From positions 21,354 through 85,353 of the forward strand of contig CAMCDS010000002.1 of NCBI GenBank assembly GCA_945873625.1: a stretch of DNA of 64,000 bases, written 5' to 3'. The DNA is from an uncultured Porphyromonadaceae bacterium (GTDB lineage Bacteria; Bacteroidota; Bacteroidia; Bacteroidales; Muribaculaceae). A program made the position numbers and the translations under genes. Below, piece after piece: positions 57,701 through 64,000 of the stretch (position 1 is the first letter of the stretch; each line of letters begins with the position of its first letter). The notes below the pieces were generated by a model. The model saw only the letters and a program-made list of their open reading frames with translations, made no database searches and was not told where the DNA came from.

Positions 57701-58086
57701 ATTACGCCCACCTGGTTTACCTCGGCGGGAAGGAAGCTGGCGGCCTTCGACACACGGTTCTGCACGTCGACGGCTGCCATGTCGGGGTCAGTGCCCTGCT
57801 TGAAATAGACGGTAACCTCGGCCGAGCCGTTGTTGGAGGCCGACGACATCATATATTCCATGTTCTCGGCGCCGTTGATCTGCTCTTCAAGAGGGGCCAC
57901 AACGGAGTTGAGCACACTCTGTGCGTTCGCACCGGTGTATTGCGTCGAGACGCGGATGGTCGGCGGCGCGATGTCGGGGTATTGCTCCACCGGAAGCGAC
58001 ATGAGTCCGAGCAGACCGAAAATCACGATGAAAATCGAGATTACGGTCGAAAGCACGGGCCGCTTGATAAATCTTGATAAATTCAT
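54709..58086 (-). CDS. HAE1-family RND efflux permease
   Basis: FIKRPV, PVEQYPDIAPP, VVDDAIVVVE, KNAILIVEFA, RLRPILMTSLA. Confidence 0.96.
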   Translation of the reverse strand: MNLSRFIKRPVLSTVISIFIVIFGLLGLMSLPVEQYPDIAPPTIRVSTQYTGANAQSVLNSVVAPLEEQINGAENMEYMMSSASNNGSAEVTVYFKQGTDPDMAAVDVQNRVSKAASFLPAEVNQVGVITQKRQSSMLVVVNIFSTDDQYSEEFIENYMAINIVPVIKRVSGVGDAMVMGADYSMRIWLKPDVMAQYGLMPTDISAALAEQNIEAAPGQFGENGNQSFQYVMRYKGRLAEEKDFEDIIIRATPEGEMLRLKDVADVELGRLTYGFESTTNGHIGCSAIVFQSAGSNATQVVNDIQKELEKFQKEAPKGIVITTSMNVNDFLFASIHEVIKTLIEAFVLVFLVVFIFLQDFRSTLIPMIAIPVALIGTFFLLMIFGFSINLLTLSALVLAIAIVVDDAIVVVEAVHAKLDQGYQSARQASIDAMSEIAGAIISITLVMMLVFIPVSFMGGTSGVFYRQFGLTMAMAIGLSAINALTLSPALCAIFLKPHKTDASLKERLGEAYSAAGEAVKETYKKRLLPSFPPIITTLFIIAAVVFLVLGWYSFENVTLSVIAVVVAVLALIGMMSKRFLESFNKTFNKLLNKYSGWTSFFVNNKWLSFGLVAASVCVLVWLMSTTATSLVPEEDTGTIMGVVDMPPATSKETTKRIMDQVDSIAATIPEIEFRTAITGYSFVGGQGNTYGSFIIKLRNWSERKGDNQTANAVLGMLYQKCSQIKDGRIMFFKPPMISGYSVTNGFEIKLQDKTGGSLDNFFTVYQQFIGALNARPEISMAYSTFNPTFPQYLVEIDVAKVKQAGLTQNAILTALQGYYGGMYISNFNRFGKLYRVMMQANPESRVSPETLKQVKVRNGATMAPIDNFVSLKRVYGPDVINRFNMFTSISVTGSPAPGVSSGEAIAAIEEVAAQTLPVGFGYEYSGLTREEASTGSSNTAYVFGLVLLFVYLLLSAQYESYMLPWAVILSVPFGLMGTFIFARFMGIDNNIYLQIALIMLIGLLAKNAILIVEFALERRRTGMTIVKAAIQGAEARLRPILMTSLAMIIGLLPMMFAHGAGANGNHALGSGAIGGMLIGMILQVLVVPALFVAFQKVQEKISPIRWEDKDNSGISSELEQYLPDK

Positions 58087-58175
58087 TTCAATTCCTTGTT
58101 TTGTCGGTTAGGCGCCGGGAATGCTGTCCCGGACACCCTTTTAATGGGAGAGAAACAATAGCTAACGTGACGGAA

Positions 58176-59300
58176 TCACTTCTTGGGCTTGATGGTCATT
58201 CCTTCCTTAACGGAAATGCCAACACCTTCCACCACTACCTGGTCGCCGGGCTTGAGGCCGCCGGTTACGATATAGTTCTTGCCGTCGTTCTCCTGCGAGA
58301 TTGTGATGGGCGTGGAATGTACCTTGCTCGAATCGCCAAGCACGTAGCAGAACTTCATGTCCTGCATCTCGTAAGTGGCCTTCTGCGGGATGAGGATGGC
58401 GTCGCGGCTGAGAGTCGGAATCATCACCAGGGCCGTGTTTCCGCTTCGGAGCATGCCGTCGGGGTTGGGGAAGAGTGCCTTCACGGTGGCGCTGCCTGTC
58501 GAGGGGTCAAGCACTCCGCTTACGGAGATAATCTTGCCGGGGCGGGCATAGCGTTCGCCGTTGGCGAGCTGCAGGGTAACGGCGGGAAGGGTCTTGAGAG
58601 CCTCGCTCATAGTCTTCTTGCCGCCGTCGGTGAGCTGATATATCTCCTTCTCGTTGAGCGAGAAGTATGCCTCCACATCACCGTTGTCAGAAAGGACTGT
58701 CAGCAGAGTCTGGGGCGACACGAGCGCACCCTCCTTGAAATCGATTGATCCGACCACGCCCGAAGTGGGAGCCTTCACAACCGAATAGCTGAGATTCTTG
58801 CGTGCCGAGACAAGCTGCGCGTTGGCGCTGTTGAGCTGTGCCTTTGCAGCGTTGAGCGCGTCGACCGATGTCTGATAGGCGGGAGCGCTGATGATGTTCT
58901 TCTCGAAGAGAAGCTTATTGTTGTTGGCGTTGGTCTGGGCGGTGTTGACATTCGCCTGGGCTACTGCCACGGCCGACTGAGCGGCATCGACGGCGGCCTG
59001 AAGCGATACCTGGTCGATCGTAAAGAGCACCTGGCCCGCGCTGACACGCTGACCTTCCTGCACATTTACCTTGGTAAGGAATCCGGTTACCTGCGGACGT
59101 ATCTCCACATCGTTTTCACCGTGAAGAGTGGCGGGATAACCGCTTTCAAGACTTGCGTCCTGCTCGCCTACGGTTATTACCGCAAGTTCGGGCACAGGCT
59201 GTTCTGCCTGCTTATCCTCTTTCTTGGAGCACGACGGGAACAGGAGCGAGCCTCCGGCCAGCATACCTGCCGCGATAAGAATGTAAGGTTGAATTTTCAT
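58176..59300 (-). CDS. RND efflux periplasmic adaptor (MFP) lipoprotein
   Basis: Lipobox FPS-C, VEIRPQVTG, LFTID, APTSGVVG, FPNPDGMLRSG, GLKPGDQVVVEG; start set at ATG 59300. Confidence 0.93.
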   Translation of the reverse strand: MKIQPYILIAAGMLAGGSLLFPSCSKKEDKQAEQPVPELAVITVGEQDASLESGYPATLHGENDVEIRPQVTGFLTKVNVQEGQRVSAGQVLFTIDQVSLQAAVDAAQSAVAVAQANVNTAQTNANNNKLLFEKNIISAPAYQTSVDALNAAKAQLNSANAQLVSARKNLSYSVVKAPTSGVVGSIDFKEGALVSPQTLLTVLSDNGDVEAYFSLNEKEIYQLTDGGKKTMSEALKTLPAVTLQLANGERYARPGKIISVSGVLDPSTGSATVKALFPNPDGMLRSGNTALVMIPTLSRDAILIPQKATYEMQDMKFCYVLGDSSKVHSTPITISQENDGKNYIVTGGLKPGDQVVVEGVGISVKEGMTIKPKK

Positions 59301-59399
59301 ATTTGGGTATAATTTGTAATTGATTCTAATCTGTGGTTTCCGGTATATAAAAATACCCGGAGACATTGTCGGGAACGCTGTCGCCTTCTCAATCGGTCG

Positions 59400-59407
59400 C
59401 GAAGTTA
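59400..59407 (-). promoter_or_regulatory. Near-consensus -7 element TAACTTCG for the RND operon
   Basis: One mismatch from TAnnTTTG, about 100 nt upstream of the MFP ATG. Confidence 0.4.
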
Positions 59408-59559
59408 ATCATTCCGTCCAAAATGGGAAAGCGAGACCCTCAAAATAGGTGAAATAGTCCAACAATTGCGATTTTTGGAAACTAAATCTTCTAAAACAGT
59501 TTCCGATTCGGGTAAATCATAACCGCCTCGGCTCCTCCTCGGCGGGGTATCGGTCTCAC

Positions 59560-59583
59560 CCGCCTCGCCATGCAGCGAGGCGG
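59560..59583. terminator. Hairpin downstream of ftsH
   Basis: CCGCCTCGC-CATGCA-GCGAGGCGG; no U-tract. Confidence 0.4.
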
Positions 59584-59598
59584 ATGAGCATGATTCTT

Positions 59599-61698
59599 TC
59601 ATTTATCGAAAGGGGGAGGCACTCCGGGGTCGTCGTCATCGTCGGCCACGGGCGTGCCGTGAGGGTCGGAGGGACGGCCGGATCCGGCGACATCACTGTC
59701 AGAGGGGAGTTCTTTGGGCTGATGCTCCGACTTGAACTCGTCTTCTAACTTAATTTCCTCCTTCTTGTTGATTTCGATTATCTCGTCGGTGCGCGATTTC
59801 CACTTGCGGGGGCCGAGAATCCGCTCTACGTCGTCGTGGAAAATCACCTCATTCTTGACCAGCATGTCGCGGATGTCGTTGTGCTGACGGGCATATTCGC
59901 GAAGAATGGCCTTGGCACGCTCATACTGCTCGTTGACAATCCGGGTAACCTCCTTGTCGATGAGTTCGGCGGTCTCCTCGGAGTAGGGCTTGGTGAATCC
60001 GTATTCCTGTCCGGTGGAGTCGTTGAAGTTGATGTTGGGGAGCTTGGTGCTCATGCCGTAGACCATGACGAGCGAACGGGCTATCTTGGTGCATTTCTCG
60101 AGGTCGTCGCTCGCTCCGGTGCCAATCTGTCCGGTGAACACCTCTTCTGCGGCGCGGCCGGCGAGGAGTCCGCACATGGTGTCGAGAAGAGCCTGCGTGG
60201 GGATGATCTGGCGTGCCTCGGGAGCATACCATGCGGCGCCGAGGGCTCGTCCGCGCGGTACGATGGTAACCTTCACGAGGGGGTTGCCGTATTGAAGCAT
60301 CCACGTTACCGTGGCATGGCCGGCCTCATGGGTGGCGATAGAGAATTTCTCATCGTCGGTGATGATGCGCGAACGCTTCTCGAGACCGCCCACTATGCGG
60401 TCGATGGCCGACATGAAGTCAGTCCACTCCACCTCCTGCTTGTTGCCTCGTGCGGCTATGAGGGCCGCCTCGTTGCACACATTGGCTATGTCGGCGCCGG
60501 AGAATCCCTGAGTCTGGCGTGCGAGCTGCTCGATGTCGATGCTGCTGCTCACCTTAATATTGCGCAGATGGACGTTGAAGATTTCCATACGGTCGGTAAG
60601 CTCAGGCAGGTCGACGTATATCTGGCGGTCGAATCGGCCGGGGCGGAGAAGCGCCTTGTCGAGCATATCCGCACGGTTGGTCGCAGCGAGGATAATAACA
60701 CCGTTGTTTGAACCGAAGCCATCCATCTCTGTAAGCATCTGGTTGAGGGTATTCTCGCGTTCGTCGTTGCTTCCCATGTTCGGGTTTTTTCCACGCGCAC
60801 GTCCTACGGCATCGATCTCGTCGATAAAGACGATACAGGGTGCTTTCTCCTTTGCCTGCTTGAAAAGGTCGCGCACACGGGCTGCGCCCACTCCGACAAA
60901 CATCTCCACGAAGTCGGAACCCGACATCGAGAGGAACGGAACATTTGCCTCTCCTGCCACCGCCTTGGCGAGAAGCGTCTTGCCCGTTCCCGGAGGGCCT
61001 ACAAGCAGGGCTCCTTTCGGTATCTTGGCTCCAAGTTCGGCGTATCTCTGCGGATTTTTGAGAAACTCTACAATTTCCTCGATCTCTACCTTGGCCTCGG
61101 CGAGACCGGCCACATCCTTGAAAGTAACGTTGGTGCCGTTGTCCTTGTCGAAAAGCTTGGCCTTCGATTTGGCAACGTTGAATATACCGCCGGCACCACC
61201 GCCTCCCGACATGCGCTTTGAAATGAAATACCATCCGAAGAAAATCAGGAGAATCGGGCCGAACGCCCAGAATACGCGCATCAGGTCAGACCCCTTGTCG
61301 TAGCTCACCTTTATCGCAGGCTTCCCCTGCGAGGCAAGCACTCCGTTCCACGAATCTATTTTCTCCTGAATCTTGTCGGGCGAAGGTATCGTGGTCTCAA
61401 TCTTGCGCTGCCCCTCGAAACCGGGCTGCATGTCGAATTTCAGACGCTTGGCCCCTGCCTCGGTAAGGAAACCGTCAGCCTCCGCGGCCGATGTCTGTAC
61501 AACTATCTTCTCGATGTCGCCCTGGAGCGCCGACTTCTCAAATTCGGTCCAGTCTACCGTTCGGGTCTGGTCATTGTTCTGGAAGTAGTACAGACCAACG
61601 AGAGCCAATATCACCATCAGGTACATCCAGTACATGTTGAGCATCGGCTTCTTAATCGGCTTGCGGCCCTGAGGCTGCTTATTTGAGTTCAAAAACAT
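59599..61698 (-). CDS. ftsH: ATP-dependent zinc metalloprotease FtsH
   Basis: Two TMs, [28 protein letters not shown]. Confidence 0.98.
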   Translation of the reverse strand: MFLNSNKQPQGRKPIKKPMLNMYWMYLMVILALVGLYYFQNNDQTRTVDWTEFEKSALQGDIEKIVVQTSAAEADGFLTEAGAKRLKFDMQPGFEGQRKIETTIPSPDKIQEKIDSWNGVLASQGKPAIKVSYDKGSDLMRVFWAFGPILLIFFGWYFISKRMSGGGGAGGIFNVAKSKAKLFDKDNGTNVTFKDVAGLAEAKVEIEEIVEFLKNPQRYAELGAKIPKGALLVGPPGTGKTLLAKAVAGEANVPFLSMSGSDFVEMFVGVGAARVRDLFKQAKEKAPCIVFIDEIDAVGRARGKNPNMGSNDERENTLNQMLTEMDGFGSNNGVIILAATNRADMLDKALLRPGRFDRQIYVDLPELTDRMEIFNVHLRNIKVSSSIDIEQLARQTQGFSGADIANVCNEAALIAARGNKQEVEWTDFMSAIDRIVGGLEKRSRIITDDEKFSIATHEAGHATVTWMLQYGNPLVKVTIVPRGRALGAAWYAPEARQIIPTQALLDTMCGLLAGRAAEEVFTGQIGTGASDDLEKCTKIARSLVMVYGMSTKLPNINFNDSTGQEYGFTKPYSEETAELIDKEVTRIVNEQYERAKAILREYARQHNDIRDMLVKNEVIFHDDVERILGPRKWKSRTDEIIEINKKEEIKLEDEFKSEHQPKELPSDSDVAGSGRPSDPHGTPVADDDDDPGVPPPFDK

Positions 61699-61750
61699 TT
61701 GGAAACTTTCTTTCTGTTTAACTTAATTTAACGAAACGGCGAACCAGTCT

Positions 61751-62110
61751 TCAGTCCAGATCGGGCAGGCGGCAGATCTCCGCATCGGCCCACAGGTCTT
61801 CAAGGTTGTAATACTGACGCGTTTCGGGCAGGAATACGTGGAGCATCACCTCGCCATAGTCTACGATAATCCACTGGCTGTTGCGGTATCCGTCGTAATT
61901 CATCGGCTTACGTCCGGTGGCTTTCTGCACGTGTTCCCTCACGCTGTCGGCTATCGCGCTGACTTGCGAGGGACTGCGCCCTTCGCACACCACAAACGCG
62001 CCGGTCGAGGCCATGTCAATTCCCGAAAGGCCGATGATTGTGATTCCTCTGCCTTTCTTTTCCTGTATCCCTTCGGTGATGATATCTATAATATCCTGAT
62101 TGAATGTCAT
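61751..62110 (-). CDS. rsfS: Ribosome silencing factor
   Basis: GIQEKKG, VVCEGRSPSQVSAIAD, WIIVDYGEVMLHVF, RQYYNLEDLWADA. Confidence 0.95.
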   Translation of the reverse strand: MTFNQDIIDIITEGIQEKKGRGITIIGLSGIDMASTGAFVVCEGRSPSQVSAIADSVREHVQKATGRKPMNYDGYRNSQWIIVDYGEVMLHVFLPETRQYYNLEDLWADAEICRLPDLD

Positions 62111-62276
62111 TTATATAGCTTATAGTAATATTCTGCCGTCTGCCGGGTCATCAGCTCGGGCGAGACGCACATAATAGTAACAATCTCAAACAAAAAACTT
62201 CCACGCGCGAGGTCGATTTTTTTATTACAGCTGCACATATTGTGCACTTGTCATAACGGCCTTGCACGCCGGAGCG

Positions 62277-62307
62277 CGAAGTTACAAAATTCCCTCAACA
62301 TGGCAAA
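62277..62307 (-). promoter_or_regulatory. Promoter TTTG-N19-TAACTTCG for rsfS-ftsH
   Basis: -33 TTTG and near-consensus -7 at canonical spacing. Confidence 0.55.
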
Positions 62308-62416
62308 ACCTCAGAATAACCGAATTTCACACTTCAAAACACTTTATCCGCGCTATAGGTCAGTTTTATGTAGAGAACGCAGAATTGCAGATAAACGAAA
62401 AAAGTAGTGATTATAT

Positions 62417-62447
62417 TTTGTCAATTAAGGACTAAGCATTATCTTTG
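62417..62447 (+). promoter_or_regulatory. Consensus promoter TTTG-N19-TATCTTTG
   Basis: Exact Bacteroidota -33/-7 match 34 nt upstream of ATG 62482. Confidence 0.7.
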
Positions 62448-62481
62448 CAGATGTGTTTTTACAGCAAACAGATAGAACACC

Positions 62482-64000
62482 ATGAAGCGATTATTTTCAT
62501 CCGTCATAAGTCTGATTATAGCCCTCTCCGCGGTGGCTGAAGTCAATGTGTCGGGTCACGTGCTGAAACTTGAAGGCAACAGACCGCTTTCAGGAGCCTC
62601 GCTTATAATAAAAGGTGCGGATGGGAAAATCAGAAAATTCACCACATCGAAGTCTGACGGTGCCTTTTCCATGACTATGACCTCCACCAATGGATGCCGC
62701 CTCGAGGTATCGATGATGAGCTATGCCCGACAGTCGTTTCCTCTTGACAGTGTGGAGCTTCCACTCACGATACTTATGGAGCCGGGAACCACGACCCTCA
62801 AAGAGGTTACGGTGAAGGCCGACAGAATACGTGAACAGGGCGACACCATCACTTACGGAGTCAGCGCGTTCGCACAGGAACAGGACCGGTCGATAGGCGA
62901 CGTTCTCAAACGGATGCCTGGCATAAATGTGGAAAAATCGGGTAAGATACAGTATCAGGGTGAGGATATCAACAAGTTCTATATCGAAGGTTCCGACCTG
63001 CTGGGGGGCAAATACGGCATCGCCACCAACGGCATCAGCCACGATGACGTCGGGGCAGTTGAGGTGATGGAAAATCATCAGCCGATGCAGGTGCTCTCAG
63101 GCATAGCTTTCTCCGACAAGGCAGCCATCAACCTGAAACTTAAGAACAAGGCCAAGGCCACATGGTCGTTTCACGGCGATGCGGGCGGAGGCTACTCATG
63201 GCAGCCGCAAGGGGGAATATGGGACGGAGAGCTGTTTGCAATGGCCGTAATGCCTAAATTCCAGAATATAACCACAATAAAGACCAACAATATAGGTGAG
63301 AATCTCTCGGCGCAGGCCGCAGATTTCTTCGGGTCGAGACGAGGCACCGCTCTGAGCCGCAGCGTCAGCGTGTCGCTCCCGGGTGTGCCCGGACTAAGCG
63401 GGAAACGCACACTCTTCAACCGCTCAGTGCTTGCTTCGACAAACTCGCTATGGAAATTCGGCAGAGGAGAGTTCAAGGCACAGGTAGACTATTCATTCAA
63501 CAGGACTGAAGCATCAGCCGGCAACATCACCACTTATTACCTTGAAGGAGGCGATGACCGCGTGATAGTGGAGAACCGCAGTGGAGTAAGCCACACCCAC
63601 TCGCTCTCAGGAAATTTCATCTATGAACTGAACAGCAAGTCGGCTTTCATCAACAATACGCTCAAAACCAATCTCGACTGGGACAACGTGCGTCTCAATG
63701 TAAGCGGGTCTCTCCACAACTCACAGTCGGCCTCCCTGCCCGACTATTATGTAGGCAACGATTTCAAACTCATCAAGCGTTTCAAAGGTAAGCATCTGGT
63801 TACTTTCACAAGCGCTATCGAATGGGAGTCGCTGCCGCAGACGCTTTCAGTGGCGTCAGGCGAGATGACAATGAGGCAGCGGGTGAGCGACCATGCCTTC
63901 TTCACGCAGGAGAGCGTGGCATACGCCTTCACGCTGCGCGGCATCACGGTCAGTCTCGAAGGCGGAGTGAAAGGGTATCTGCGTACGCTCGACACCGAGC
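62482..64000 (+). CDS. Outer-membrane beta-barrel / TonB-dependent-receptor-like protein (3' end runs off the window)
   Basis: Manual translation: 506 codons without a stop; signal peptide MKRLFSSVISLIIALSAVA; CarboxypepD_reg-like domain; GDTITY, DRSIGDVLKRMPGI, INKFYIEG.DLLGGKYGIAT, VEVMENHQP plug motifs. Confidence 0.88.
   Translation, partial: MKRLFSSVISLIIALSAVAEVNVSGHVLKLEGNRPLSGASLIIKGADGKIRKFTTSKSDGAFSMTMTSTNGCRLEVSMMSYARQSFPLDSVELPLTILMEPGTTTLKEVTVKADRIREQGDTITYGVSAFAQEQDRSIGDVLKRMPGINVEKSGKIQYQGEDINKFYIEGSDLLGGKYGIATNGISHDDVGAVEVMENHQPMQVLSGIAFSDKAAINLKLKNKAKATWSFHGDAGGGYSWQPQGGIWDGELFAMAVMPKFQNITTIKTNNIGENLSAQAADFFGSRRGTALSRSVSVSLPGVPGLSGKRTLFNRSVLASTNSLWKFGRGEFKAQVDYSFNRTEASAGNITTYYLEGGDDRVIVENRSGVSHTHSLSGNFIYELNSKSAFINNTLKTNLDWDNVRLNVSGSLHNSQSASLPDYYVGNDFKLIKRFKGKHLVTFTSAIEWESLPQTLSVASGEMTMRQRVSDHAFFTQESVAYAFTLRGITVSLEGGVKGYLRTLDTE

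Noticed and set aside
54889-58077. 1062-aa ORF on the + strand antisense to the RND permease
   Set aside because: It is an in-register shadow of a gene with strong G/C third-position bias, so TTA/CTA/TCA codons are rare. The product is H/R/G/V/E-rich with no recognisable motifs, signal or promoter.
62125-62165. CTGATGA on the - strand followed by a small stem, resembling a hammerhead ribozyme core
   Set aside because: The required G-C closed stem II followed by GAAA is missing (it reads ...CGGCAGAAT), and no stem III/NUH site is evident.

Overview
This is a gene-dense, moderately GC-rich, mostly core-genome segment of a Bacteroidales bacterium. Gene content, Bacteroidota TAnnTTTG promoters and gene order point to Bacteroidales, and Muribaculaceae-like is an inference. 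From left to right: serC (partial); rfbA-rfbC-rfbB with no rfbD; rpiB-folB; a PiT phosphate transporter convergent with a PhoB/PhoR-like two-component system; a patatin outer-membrane protein; serB; a Sel1-repeat protein; a TonB-dependent receptor; a U32/RlhA-like protein; a SAM methyltransferase; degP; an SGNH+MBOAT O-acyltransferase pair; two DUF4230-like genes; mutS2; usp; a small DNA-binding protein; the moxR-DUF58-batABC(D')DE cluster; thiL, punA, lpxK, sppA, glmM, a DUF4827-like lipoprotein and a DHH phosphoesterase; a DUF2156-like gene, a polyprenol-phosphate glycosyltransferase, pyrC and a PIF1-like helicase-TPR; an RND efflux operon ending in an lpxA paralog; ftsH; rsfS; and the 5' part of an outer-membrane barrel gene. 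I found no tRNA, rRNA, CRISPR array, transposase, integrase or frameshifted gene, and no clearly novel multi-gene system. The best leads are modest. They are 11-bp-periodic Pho-box-like repeats before the phosphate transporter, whose CDS overlaps the sensor kinase tail-to-tail; an extra truncated BatD paralog; an RND pump with an extra predicted TM hairpin; an lpxA paralog at the end of the efflux operon; a secreted Sel1 protein with a histone-like basic tail; a DUF4230 pair directly behind mutS2; and several structured leaders.
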